From a virus (Duplodnaviria; Caudoviricetes): a stretch of 64,000 nucleotides of DNA. Under the pieces are notes generated by a model, which was not told where the DNA came from, made no database searches, and saw nothing but the letters and a program-made list of their open reading frames with translations. This document shows, in pieces, positions 42,348 to 51,908 of this stretch. The number at the start of each line of letters is the position of its first letter. Position 1 is the first letter of the stretch. The position numbers were made by a program, and so were the translations under genes. The DNA lies in IMG/VR virus record IMGVR_UViG_3300012347_000469, positions 19,126-83,125 of that record, one strand, 5' to 3'.

Positions 42348-44989
42348 AATTTTTAAAAACACAAAATCTTTCTAAATACGGTCTTACTGATACTAAACTT
42401 ATAGTGAATCCGTATGGAAGATATATTATGGCAGGCCAAGGCGGATTACGTATTCCGGCGGGGCCGCAAGCTGCTAGGCCTCAAATTTCCGGAGTAGATA
42501 CACCCGGAGGCGCAAATGGCTATATTAGATATAATACTGACGCTGGAACTGTAGAAGCATATGTAGGCGGAGGTTGGTCGGTATTAGGTACTGCTGCAGC
42601 ATTGGAATTTACTCCGATTAATTCGTCAGAAAAAGGAGCACCGAACGGTGTTGCAACTTTAGACGAATCGGGGTTAATTCCTGACTCGCAGTTACCACCG
42701 TTGGCTAATGATGTTATAGAAGTAGTTGATTTTGCTAGTTTGCCGTCTCTTGATTCGGCCGATACGGGCAAAATCTATGTTACAGTTGATAACAATTTCG
42801 GTTATAGATGGACCGGATCTGCATATTCTTTAATTTTCTCCGATAGTGTTGATTATTCTAGAGATCTAATTAAAAACTCGACTCTGGCCGGAACTACCGC
42901 ATTAACTACTGGTGGTTCTGCTAAAATTGTTGCAAATACTTCGGCCGACGGGTATTTGTCATTTAGTGTAGCACCTGCAGTATTTGAAGGCGATACCCTA
43001 GTATGGACAGATGTTGCTAAAATTGACACTAATGGATTTCATCCTCTTACGACTAATGTATCTGAATTAGGAACAAATGCATTGCGCTGGCAAGGGGCAT
43101 TTGTAGGAGCAGGAGCGGCAGCGACTCCTGCTATTTCTTTTAGTCCAACTAATACAGTAAATACTGGTATTTTCAGTAGTACAGAAGGTAAGGTCAGTTT
43201 TTCAAGTGGCGGCACACATATTGCTGATGTAGTAAGTACTGGTATTGCGCCAGCAATTACAGATACACAAAAATTAGGTACTAGTGCGTTACGGTGGGCA
43301 ACTTCTTATGTTGGGGCAGGAGCGGCAGCGACTCCTACTATTTCTTTCAGTCCAACAAATACAGTAAACACAGGTATTTACAGCAGTGCAGAGGGCAAAA
43401 TTAGTTTCTCTAGTGGCGGTACATTAATTACGGACATCGATGCCACGGGTATAGTCCCTCCAGTTACAAACACATTTGTATTGGGTGCAGCAGCAACTCG
43501 TTGGAAAACAGCATTTGTTGGCGCTGGGTCAGCCGCAACTCCGACAATTGCATTTAGCCCAAATACAACTATTAATAGCGGTATTTATAGTAGCGCAGAA
43601 GGTAAGGTTAGTTTCTCTAGTGGCGGCTCATTAGTTGCCGAAGTAGTTAGTACTGGTATTGTTCCAGCAGTAACAAACACACAAAAATTTGGTACTAGCT
43701 CTCTACGTTGGGAAACAGTATATGTCGGACCTGGTGCAGTCGGTACACCGTCTATTTCATTTAGTTCTACTACTGGAGTTAACACCGGAATCTATAGTAC
43801 AGGCGCAGGTACTATTAGTTTTGCCACAAATGGTACATTGGCTGTTGAACTAGACTCAACAGCGTTGTATCCTGACTCGTCGACAAATCTCAGTCTTGGC
43901 AAATCGGGTCATAGATGGACCAACGAATTCTTAAAAGCTGGTACAGAGACAGCTCCTTCGTTGTCGTTAAGTCCTACAAATACAACAAATAGCGGATTGT
44001 ACAGTCCGTCTGAAGGTGTATTTAATTTTACTAGTGGCGGAAATGATGCTATTAGTATTGCGTCAACAGGAATTACACCAGCAGTAACTGACACTCAAAA
44101 ATTAGGAACTGCTTCATTGCGATGGAATACTATCTTTTTAGGTATTGGTTCCGATGCATTTCCGTCAATTGCATTAAGCCCAACTAACACAGTAAACACT
44201 GGTATTTACAGTGACGAAGAAGGTGTTGTAAGTTTTACTAGCGGAGGTGTTGATGCAGTTAATATTGATGCAACAGGAGTATACCCTGACATTACAGAAA
44301 CGTATAATATTGGTACAGCCGCAAAACGGTGGAAGTATACTTATCTCGGTGCTGGTGCTGCAGCGACACCGTCGTTGTCATTTAGTACTAGTACAACGAT
44401 TAATAGCGGTATTTACAGCGGAACTGATGGAATTATTAGCTTCGCAAGTGCTGGCTCAAATGTATTTAATATTGCAAGTACTGGAATTTACCCGTCGAAC
44501 GACATTACTAAAAATCTAGGATCAACATCAGCAAGATGGGCAGCAACTTATCTTGGTGCTGGAGCTGCAGCGACTCCGTCTTTATCATTTAGTCCTACAA
44601 ATACTGTTACTACTGGTTTATACAGTAGTGCAGAAGGTACTATTAGTTTCTCTAGTGGCGGAGTATATGCTGGTCAAATTGCGTCAGGCGGAAATATGAC
44701 TATGGTTGGAAATATTACTGCTAACTCAGATCTACGACTTAAGCGTGACTTAACAGTAATTGATAATGCACTTAACAAAGTACAACAACTTACTGGTTAC
44801 ACTTATACTAGAATTGACACCGGTGATAGACAAACTGGTATTATTGCACAAGATTTAGAAAAAGTACTACCTGAAGCAGTGCTACAAAATTCAGAATATA
44901 AGAGTGTTGCATATGGTAACATTGTGGGGCTATTAATTGAAGCTATTAAGGAATTGCGAGCAGAAGTTAACGCACTAAAAGGAGCTTAA
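42344..44989 (+). CDS. Tail fibre protein with 8 x 69-aa repeats and C-terminal peptidase S74-like chaperone domain
   Basis: Eight RW...GAGAAATP.ISFSPTNTVNTGIYS..EG.ISF.SGG repeats; C-terminal SDLRLKRD...GIIAQDLEKVLPEAV...LIEAIKEL. Confidence 0.85.
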   Translation: MKFLKTQNLSKYGLTDTKLIVNPYGRYIMAGQGGLRIPAGPQAARPQISGVDTPGGANGYIRYNTDAGTVEAYVGGGWSVLGTAAALEFTPINSSEKGAPNGVATLDESGLIPDSQLPPLANDVIEVVDFASLPSLDSADTGKIYVTVDNNFGYRWTGSAYSLIFSDSVDYSRDLIKNSTLAGTTALTTGGSAKIVANTSADGYLSFSVAPAVFEGDTLVWTDVAKIDTNGFHPLTTNVSELGTNALRWQGAFVGAGAAATPAISFSPTNTVNTGIFSSTEGKVSFSSGGTHIADVVSTGIAPAITDTQKLGTSALRWATSYVGAGAAATPTISFSPTNTVNTGIYSSAEGKISFSSGGTLITDIDATGIVPPVTNTFVLGAAATRWKTAFVGAGSAATPTIAFSPNTTINSGIYSSAEGKVSFSSGGSLVAEVVSTGIVPAVTNTQKFGTSSLRWETVYVGPGAVGTPSISFSSTTGVNTGIYSTGAGTISFATNGTLAVELDSTALYPDSSTNLSLGKSGHRWTNEFLKAGTETAPSLSLSPTNTTNSGLYSPSEGVFNFTSGGNDAISIASTGITPAVTDTQKLGTASLRWNTIFLGIGSDAFPSIALSPTNTVNTGIYSDEEGVVSFTSGGVDAVNIDATGVYPDITETYNIGTAAKRWKYTYLGAGAAATPSLSFSTSTTINSGIYSGTDGIISFASAGSNVFNIASTGIYPSNDITKNLGSTSARWAATYLGAGAAATPSLSFSPTNTVTTGLYSSAEGTISFSSGGVYAGQIASGGNMTMVGNITANSDLRLKRDLTVIDNALNKVQQLTGYTYTRIDTGDRQTGIIAQDLEKVLPEAVLQNSEYKSVAYGNIVGLLIEAIKELRAEVNALKGA
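43010..44670 (+). repeat. Degenerate 207-nt tandem repeat x8 within the tail fibre gene
   Basis: agtggcgg anchors at 43205, 43412 and 43619 are exactly 207 nt apart; eight aligned protein repeats. Confidence 0.9.
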
Positions 44990-44992
44990 CAG

Positions 44993-46030
44993 ATGGGAAC
45001 GAGTCTAACAGCAACCGGGGTGCAGTTTCCAGATAATTCTGTGCAGACTGCTCCTGCACTTACTGGTTTTAGAAATAGAATTATCAATGGCGATATGAAG
45101 ATATCTCAACGGGGAACTTCTTTCCCTGCAGCAAACGGATATACGTTAGATAGGTTTGTGTATGGATTTGGAGGGACTACTGCAGTAGCAACAGTTACCC
45201 AAAGTACGGATGTTCCTACAGGTAGTGGGCTATCTAATAGCTTACGGGCTACAGTAACCACTGCTGATACAACTATTGTTGGTAGCGATTATGCCCTCAT
45301 CCGACATTCCATTGAAGGATATAATGTAGCCGATTTAGTTGGGGTTCCGATTACACTGTCTTTTTGGGTTAGATCTAGTAAAACTGGGATTCATTGCGTA
45401 AAAGTTAGAAACTCATCAACTGATAGGGCATACGTAGCTGAGTACACTATAAATACTAACAATACTTGGGAAAAAAAGTATATTACGATATCTTCTGGGA
45501 TACCTAACGACGGTATTTGGGACTTCGTCAATGGAGCTGGGTTATTAGTAAACTGGGCTTTAGCTGTTGGGTCGACAAATCACACATCAACACCTGATGT
45601 GTGGATTAATACTACTAATCCTCTGTCTACATCAAATCAAGTAAACTGTCTAGACACGGTTGGTAACATATTCGCTATTACTGGGGTCCAACTTGAAAAG
45701 GGTAGTACTCCTACTGAGTTTGAGTTTAGACCTTACTCAGTTGAGTTAGCCTTATGCCAACGTTATTATGAAATACTTCCAATCGGACTGACTGTTGGAT
45801 CCGTATCTGCAGCCGGACAGGTTATAGGAATTAGAGCTACATTTAAAGTTACTAAAAGGGTAGCTGCCACTATTGCATTTGTTTCAGAACTTAGTTCGAC
45901 AGGATTTGCGAGTGGTGCTGCTTCTTATGGATTTCCTGATACAGATTCCGTGATTGCGTATAAATCATCAACTAGTGCAAGTACTAATGCGAATTTTTAT
46001 CAGACAATAAGTATTTCAGCCGAACTATAA
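44993..46030 (+). CDS. Tail fibre/receptor-binding protein with carbohydrate-binding-like domain
   Basis: RNRIINGDMKISQRG, ITGVQLEKGSTPTEFEFRPYSVELALCQRYY motifs common in phage fibre/adhesin proteins. Confidence 0.7.
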   Translation: MGTSLTATGVQFPDNSVQTAPALTGFRNRIINGDMKISQRGTSFPAANGYTLDRFVYGFGGTTAVATVTQSTDVPTGSGLSNSLRATVTTADTTIVGSDYALIRHSIEGYNVADLVGVPITLSFWVRSSKTGIHCVKVRNSSTDRAYVAEYTINTNNTWEKKYITISSGIPNDGIWDFVNGAGLLVNWALAVGSTNHTSTPDVWINTTNPLSTSNQVNCLDTVGNIFAITGVQLEKGSTPTEFEFRPYSVELALCQRYYEILPIGLTVGSVSAAGQVIGIRATFKVTKRVAATIAFVSELSSTGFASGAASYGFPDTDSVIAYKSSTSASTNANFYQTISISAEL

Positions 46031-46033
46031 TAT

Positions 46034-46327
46034 ATGACATATAAAATAATAAATTCAAATCAGTTAGTTAGAATTGCAGATACTGCTTACATTCCTGCTG
46101 ATCCAGGAAATACCGATTACCGTGAATATTTAGCATGGATTGATGCAGGAAACGAACCAATATACGAAGAAACACCAGTAGTTGATAATTCAGATGCACT
46201 CCGTGCTGCAGCATATAGAGAAGAATCAGATCCTTTATTTTTTAAAGCACAGCGCGGTGAAGCAACAATGGACCAATGGTTGGCAAAAGTTCAAGAAATT
46301 AAAAATCGCTATCCGCCATTAGTTTAA
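46034..46327 (+). CDS. Tail fibre assembly chaperone-like protein
   Basis: IPADPGNTDYREYLAWIDAGN and AYREESDPLFF...WLAKVQEIKNRYP motifs; follows the fibre genes. Confidence 0.65.
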   Translation: MTYKIINSNQLVRIADTAYIPADPGNTDYREYLAWIDAGNEPIYEETPVVDNSDALRAAAYREESDPLFFKAQRGEATMDQWLAKVQEIKNRYPPLV

Positions 46328-46567
46328 TAACAAAGCAAGCTTTTTACGAATTGTAATTATTTTGCTCCTACTAATATTAAAACCATCAGCTGATGGTTTT
46401 TTAATTGGCAACTCGTAATGTTGTGTATCTAAATTTCTAGTCTCTTGAACTAGCTCTCTTAATAATTGTTCTGCAGCTAGTTTAACACTTGTATCAGTCA
46501 CTAATTGAAGCTTATCGTAAAATAGTCGATATTCTTCTTGAAATCTAGTATTATTTTGTAACTGCAT
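46319..46567 (-). CDS. Hypothetical protein, 82 aa
   Basis: Overlaps the upstream ORF end; converges on the fibre operon. Confidence 0.65.
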   Translation of the reverse strand: MQLQNNTRFQEEYRLFYDKLQLVTDTSVKLAAEQLLRELVQETRNLDTQHYELPIKKPSADGFNISRSKIITIRKKLALLLN

Positions 46568-46937
46568 TTTCTAACTCCAATATAGTTTCTATTTTAGTTC
46601 TAATTATCTGATTATTTAATGTGTTTTTTAGGCCAGTATGTAGTTGCTTCGGTAAATCATCAAGGGAACACCATGCAATTGTAGATGCTGCTCGAGTTAA
46701 AAATTCACTATTAACTAAACATACATACGTACCGTATTCAAATCCCCTATCTTCTGACAAATACAGTTCTATTGGAAGTAATCTCCCTTGACAATAGTTA
46801 TTCAAAAGCAAAGTTGCATCGTCGAGTAGGGCTGCTGATCGAGCAAATGTCGGAACCGTCCATTTTTGCTCTTCTAAAATCAGCAGTATTCTTCCTGTAT
46901 CTTTTGCTAAAAATAGCAGTCCGGCACGTTGTTGCAT
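46551..46937 (-). CDS. Degenerate NUDIX-fold-like protein
   Basis: AGLLFLAKDTGRILLI...W.VP and IAWCSLDDLPKQLHTGL resemble the NUDIX scaffold, but the GX5EX7REUXEEXG box is absent. Confidence 0.5.
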   Translation of the reverse strand: MQQRAGLLFLAKDTGRILLILEEQKWTVPTFARSAALLDDATLLLNNYCQGRLLPIELYLSEDRGFEYGTYVCLVNSEFLTRAASTIAWCSLDDLPKQLHTGLKNTLNNQIIRTKIETILELENAVTK

Positions 46938-46948
46938 AGTATTGGCGA

Positions 46949-48355
46949 TTATGTGTCTAATTCGATTCTCCAGTAGCCTGCAGAATATTCTCCCTCAAAA
47001 CTCTTAAGCCAGCCACCGTTTTCCCATTTATATTGAATTCCTGTAGTAAGGTTAGTTACGTACCGAGTGCCAGTTGTTGCAGGGTCAAATGTTTGCTCCC
47101 ACTCGGTGCCACTCCATTCAACAATGGAATTTGCATAAATTACGTTGTCAGTGCCGTTTAAATTTTTCCAGGCATCGACACCGTCTTCGTTATAGATATT
47201 TCCAATATTGTCAAGCATTAAATATCTAGTTCCAGCTGGAATATTTGCTAAGCTTCCAAATTTAATAATAGGGCTAAATCTACTCGGATTTACAATCGCA
47301 GTTATTGCTGGCTCAGTATTAGAGGGAATAGTATCAATATCTAGATCAACTATTAAGTGAGTTGGGTTTAATTCATTAATTGCAATAGTTCCAGATACCT
47401 CATAACCATTTGGTTGACTAAAGAATATCCTACTAGTACTAGTTGGTTTTCCGTGAATATCTAAAATAGCATACCAATCAAGTTCTCGCAACCCAATTTT
47501 CTTTAGCGTTGCTTTATCTAAACTTTGCTTAACCTCACCATAGTCTAATGCTGTGCATTCGTATGATCCAGTAGTCATATTTTTAATTAAATAAACACCA
47601 AATTGATTAATTGCTGTTCGAATTTGTGCATCAGGCTTAGTACCGTTATATACTAACGTTTCTAAATCTAAAATTCCACCAGTGTCAGTAAAAACATTCA
47701 TAATAATGTTTTTAACAATTCCCATTTTTTTAACTTTTGCAGGAGGACTAATCCAAATATCAGTTTTAAATTCGAGAGATGCAATATCGATCTCAGTTTC
47801 GTTTCCTTGCGGAATCGATCTACTACTAATAGTAACACCGGTTAAATCTAAAGTGGTTAGACTAGTCCAGTCAACATAGTTATCAGTAGTTTGTAAGTCT
47901 AAACTAGGATTAAACATTACTAGTATTTGTTCTAAAAGTTGCAACTTTTGATCGGTACTTGCAGTCCAAATATCAGCTTTTAGCGTAAGTTTGTACGGAG
48001 TAGGCATCAATCGTTCAATGGTATATGTTCCGCCTTGTACATCAGCATATGTCCTAGTACCGTTAACTGCAGTATAATCTCGCTCCCTAACTTGAATTTT
48101 ACTTACAAATGTTGGATCGCCCATTCGATTTGTATCTAATTCTAAGTTAGTCATATAACAGGCAATTTTAGGAACTGTTAGCATTTTATTTTCAGAATTT
48201 TCTTTGATAATATTTGCAACCTGTCTGGTCATATCGCCGTACATTACTGGTACATATTTTTGCTCGCCGTCGCCGGCTTGATATTTAAAACCAATAAATA
48301 TCCGCATAAATTGATTAATGTATCTTCTAACTTGTCCGTCGTAAAAATAATCTAT
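46949..48355 (-). CDS. gp15: Tail terminator/sheath stabiliser (gp15-like) with C-terminal extension; first ATG at 48307, proposed ATA start at 48355
   Basis: VPVMYGDMTRQVA, YTIERLMPTPYKLTLKADIWTASTDQKLQLLEQILVMFNP motifs; adjacent to gp14. Confidence 0.8.
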   Translation of the reverse strand: MDYFYDGQVRRYINQFMRIFIGFKYQAGDGEQKYVPVMYGDMTRQVANIIKENSENKMLTVPKIACYMTNLELDTNRMGDPTFVSKIQVRERDYTAVNGTRTYADVQGGTYTIERLMPTPYKLTLKADIWTASTDQKLQLLEQILVMFNPSLDLQTTDNYVDWTSLTTLDLTGVTISSRSIPQGNETEIDIASLEFKTDIWISPPAKVKKMGIVKNIIMNVFTDTGGILDLETLVYNGTKPDAQIRTAINQFGVYLIKNMTTGSYECTALDYGEVKQSLDKATLKKIGLRELDWYAILDIHGKPTSTSRIFFSQPNGYEVSGTIAINELNPTHLIVDLDIDTIPSNTEPAITAIVNPSRFSPIIKFGSLANIPAGTRYLMLDNIGNIYNEDGVDAWKNLNGTDNVIYANSIVEWSGTEWEQTFDPATTGTRYVTNLTTGIQYKWENGGWLKSFEGEYSAGYWRIELDT

Positions 48356-48413
48356 AGCTTTTCAATAGTGTTAAACTATTGCCTCATTGTATAACTAATC
48401 TTGCAAATTCGCT

Positions 48414-49985
48414 TTATTCGTCAGCTTCTGGTCTTAGTGCTTTACTAAGACTTTGTCGTTCTTTTACTAATTTATCATTTATAACAGCTTGATTTGTATT
48501 ATTGATAAAACTTGATTTTAAAGTTTGACGATTTTCTTTACCTTCAAATCGATCACCGGAACCTGTATCACTAGCACCTAAGTTATTCATTGTCATTCTA
48601 ACTTTATCCTCTATTTTAATCCATCGAACACCGTTAAATCTAAACAATCTGTGAGGCAAATAATCTTTCCTTAAACAATATTGCCCCTCGGTCGGACTTA
48701 ACGGGAATGCAATACCAGCGGAAAACGGAGCACCATTTGGAGGAATACCGTCACCGTCATAAATTATTCCGTGATACTTTAATCCATCTGCACTTTGGAA
48801 CACAGTACTAGCAGTAGCGCCGACATATATCGGACTACCGTCGGTGTTGAACAGTAGATTACCAGCAGAATCAGTTGCTTGTGTTTGTGCGCTTGCAAGT
48901 ATTGCGTCGTTATCAATCTGAACTAACTCGGATAAACCTTCGCTAGTTTTTTGCAAACTATATAACTTTGTAGTATCGGGCCCACTTTGAGGAGCATCAA
49001 GCTCGGCTTGATTTAAAATTGCCTCAGTAATTTGCATTTCTGATTCGTATGTGCTCATAATATCACGTAATGTATCAGCAAGTTCAAAATAAGTTGTGTT
49101 TGGAGGTTCAATTCCTGTAATACCGTCAGCTACATTTGTTAATTCAAAAATTGCAGAATTTGGAGGATTAACACCGCTTATTCCGTCTTTAGTTATGTCG
49201 TTGTCTAATAATGTATATTTCTGACCATTTGGTGCTATAACAACATCATTAGGATAGTATGTAACTCCGTTAACCCATTGTACTGCTACAGGATCAGCTA
49301 ATACAGTGTAATTTTTGCCATCTGGACCCTTAACTACATCACCTGGATAGTATATTGCAGTTCCACTCCATGCACCTTGATATGCATCAGTATTTGCTAC
49401 ACCGTCAAGAATTTCTTTAAATTCTTGACTATCAACTATTGGTTTACATTTTGCTCTGTATAAATGCGGATACCAAGTAGCACTATAACCTTCTGCAGTA
49501 CGACTTACTTCTTCAATAACAAAGAATCGTTTTAATGCATAGGTTAAATCATTAAGTGCATAATCGTCTTTAAGATGGGGCAATTCAATTACATCGCCGC
49601 TTATTATTTTTCTTCCTAATTTTTCAACAGTATCATTTATGTGAAAACTGATAAAAATAGTATCATTTTGTAAAAATAAACCAAATTGACTTAAATTAAA
49701 GTCGATATCTTGAATATTGTAAACTCCTCGAAGAACGTAAATATCGGGATCGTATGTGCGATCTCTATTTTCTAAGAATAGTAAGTCTTGTATATGTAGT
49801 TCTGAATCAGTTTCATAATACGGGTTAGTAGGTGTTGAGTTAGCAGCTGTAGTTGATCCACCGGGACCGATGTACTTATGAATTAGTACATCAACACCCC
49901 CGACTTGAAACATTTCCCAGGCAGCTTTGTCGATAAATTTATAGTCATTCCCTTTTTGGGGTCTGTAAAGTGATAATCTTGGCAT
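48414..49985 (-). CDS. gp14: Neck protein gp14-like with internal insertion
   Basis: IQDLLFLENRDR.YD, FGLFLQNDTIFISFH, GDVIELPHL and YPHLYRAKC motifs. Start probably MPRLSLY (49985; alternative 49991). Confidence 0.8.
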   Translation of the reverse strand: MPRLSLYRPQKGNDYKFIDKAAWEMFQVGGVDVLIHKYIGPGGSTTAANSTPTNPYYETDSELHIQDLLFLENRDRTYDPDIYVLRGVYNIQDIDFNLSQFGLFLQNDTIFISFHINDTVEKLGRKIISGDVIELPHLKDDYALNDLTYALKRFFVIEEVSRTAEGYSATWYPHLYRAKCKPIVDSQEFKEILDGVANTDAYQGAWSGTAIYYPGDVVKGPDGKNYTVLADPVAVQWVNGVTYYPNDVVIAPNGQKYTLLDNDITKDGISGVNPPNSAIFELTNVADGITGIEPPNTTYFELADTLRDIMSTYESEMQITEAILNQAELDAPQSGPDTTKLYSLQKTSEGLSELVQIDNDAILASAQTQATDSAGNLLFNTDGSPIYVGATASTVFQSADGLKYHGIIYDGDGIPPNGAPFSAGIAFPLSPTEGQYCLRKDYLPHRLFRFNGVRWIKIEDKVRMTMNNLGASDTGSGDRFEGKENRQTLKSSFINNTNQAVINDKLVKERQSLSKALRPEADE

Positions 49986-50023
49986 AGTCATATATTTACC
50001 GGTTATCATTGATAAATAATCAT

Positions 50024-50782
50024 ATGAGCCAAATAGACCAAACCAAACAAGCTGTTTACGACTACTGCCGCGTTATGCTAGGCGACGGTATGATCGATAT
50101 TGAACTAGACCCGATCCATTATGAAACTGCACTTAGCAGATCGTTAGCAGTTTTCCGACAACGCAGCGACAATTCTGTTGAAGAAAGTATGGCATTTATT
50201 ACTTTAGAAGAGAGTAAAAACGAATACATTTTACCAAAAGAAATCCAACAAGTTCGACAAATATTTCGAAGAAGTATCGGCTCTAGAACTGGAAATGGTA
50301 GCGGTGGTACAGTTTTTGAACCATTTAATTTAGCGTATACTAACACCTACTTGCTTAGCTCTACGAACATGGGCGGGTTGGCAACTTACGAAATGTTTAG
50401 TCAATATCAAGAATTAGTTGGAAAAATGTTTGGTTCGTTTATTAATTTTACATGGCACCCACAGAGCCATAAATTAATAATTCAACAACGGCCCAGGGGC
50501 AACGAAGAAGTTATGTTGTGGGTTTACAATACTAAGCCAGACTCTGCAATTATCGAAGATGTATATGCAGGGCAGTGGATTAAAGACTACACTTTAGCAA
50601 ACTGTAAAATGCTATTAGGGCAAGCTCGCGAAAAATTTGGGTCCATTGCAGGTCCTCAAGGCGGAACACAATTAAACGGAGCAGCACTTAAAACAGAAGC
50701 AACTGCTGATATGGAGCGATTAACAACAGAGTTAATTACAGCAGTACCCGGCGGGATAGGATACAGCTTTTTGATAGGATAA
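50024..50782 (+). CDS. gp13: Neck protein gp13-like
   Basis: LGDGMIDIELDP.HY, WIKDYTLANCKMLLGQAREKF...PQGGTQLNG motifs; start after ATAAATA at 50012-50018. Confidence 0.85.
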   Translation: MSQIDQTKQAVYDYCRVMLGDGMIDIELDPIHYETALSRSLAVFRQRSDNSVEESMAFITLEESKNEYILPKEIQQVRQIFRRSIGSRTGNGSGGTVFEPFNLAYTNTYLLSSTNMGGLATYEMFSQYQELVGKMFGSFINFTWHPQSHKLIIQQRPRGNEEVMLWVYNTKPDSAIIEDVYAGQWIKDYTLANCKMLLGQAREKFGSIAGPQGGTQLNGAALKTEATADMERLTTELITAVPGGIGYSFLIG

Positions 50783-50811
50783 TTGACTTTTTTGATATAT
50801 TGTGTTATACT
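50783..50811 (+). promoter_or_regulatory. Sigma70-type promoter with extended -10, upstream of dNMP kinase
   Basis: TTGACT-17 nt-TATACT with TG at the extended position. Confidence 0.75.
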
Positions 50812-50833
50812 TATTCTGGAGAGTTAACATATT

Positions 50834-51481
50834 ATGAATAACACAAAAAAACAAATTATCGGAATCGTTGGGTTTATAGGCTCAGGTAAAGATACAGTTG
50901 CTGACTATCTTGTAAATTTTCACAACTTTCGTCGAGAAAGCTTCGCATCATCTTTAAAAGATGCAGTATCGGTAGTATTTAATTGGGATAGATCTTTACT
51001 AGAAGGTAGAACTCAAGAATCTAGAGAATGGAGAGAAACTCCAGATGTATGGTGGAGTGAACGATTACAAAAACCAATTACTCCTCGATGGGTACTACAA
51101 TATTGGGGAACTGAAGTATGCAGAAATGGATTCAGTGATGACATTTGGATTGCTAGCTTAGAAAATAAATTATTAACTAGCAACAGTAATGTTGTTATTT
51201 CTGATTGTAGATTCCCTAATGAAATTAGCATGATTAAGAATGCTGGCGGGAAAATCGTATGGGTTAAGCGTGGAGAATTGCCATCGTGGTACAATCTTGC
51301 CATACAAGCAGCTAGCTCAGATGACAAAAACTCTGATTTTGCAAAACAAGAATTAGCAAAATTAAATGTTCATCCGTCAGAATGGTCGTGGGCTGGCACT
51401 AAATTCGACGAAGTACTTGATAATAACGATACTATTGATGCACTATATTCTCGAGCTAGCTCGTTAATAATCGGCAACTAA
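50834..51481 (+). CDS. gp1: Deoxynucleoside monophosphate kinase
   Basis: GIVGFIGSGKDTVA P-loop, RWVLQYWGTEVCR and VVISDCRFPNE motifs. Confidence 0.9.
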   Translation: MNNTKKQIIGIVGFIGSGKDTVADYLVNFHNFRRESFASSLKDAVSVVFNWDRSLLEGRTQESREWRETPDVWWSERLQKPITPRWVLQYWGTEVCRNGFSDDIWIASLENKLLTSNSNVVISDCRFPNEISMIKNAGGKIVWVKRGELPSWYNLAIQAASSDDKNSDFAKQELAKLNVHPSEWSWAGTKFDEVLDNNDTIDALYSRASSLIIGN

Positions 51482-51799
51482 GTCTCCTTGTTTCCATAAA
51501 ATGCCGTCTTTTGCTAATACAGTGCGGCAATTTGCACATACAGTTTTTAAATTACTTGGTCGACAATTATTTAAGTTTCCGTCAGCATGGAATACCCTAA
51601 ATATTTCAGAATGCGGAGACTTAAATCCGCATCGGTCACACTGAGATTTCATTTTATATCCGGCTCTAGTCCATCGAGGAATGCGATGATTAAGCCCGTT
51701 GTTCATACAAATTTCGCATAAACTTCGATAATACGTTCTATTATTTTTTTTATAATTAATGGCGCGGGGACGTAATCCGCATTTGCATAGTGGTCTCAT
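51464..51799 (-). CDS. Small Zn-binding HNH-like endonuclease
   Basis: CKC, CEIC, CDRC and HADGNLNNCRPSNLKTVCANC motifs. Confidence 0.75.
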   Translation of the reverse strand: MRPLCKCGLRPRAINYKKNNRTYYRSLCEICMNNGLNHRIPRWTRAGYKMKSQCDRCGFKSPHSEIFRVFHADGNLNNCRPSNLKTVCANCRTVLAKDGILWKQGDLVADY

Positions 51800-51908
51800 A
51801 CTGTATTTAAATTTATTAAGCCTTTTTAGCCCCTTTTAACCTTATGTTACCTGGCGGTTTTTTCGTTTTGGCACTAAATATCATATAGATATCATTAGGA
51901 GATCCAAG

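Noticed and set aside
44993-46030. Diversity-generating retroelement target in the adhesin gene
   Set aside because: No reverse transcriptase and no second adenine-varied copy of the 3' region in this window.
48355-48416. T4 gene 60-like translational bypass from gp14 into gp15
   Set aside because: The take-off codon GAA before the stop has no matching in-frame landing codon; the nearby GAA leads to a TAG.
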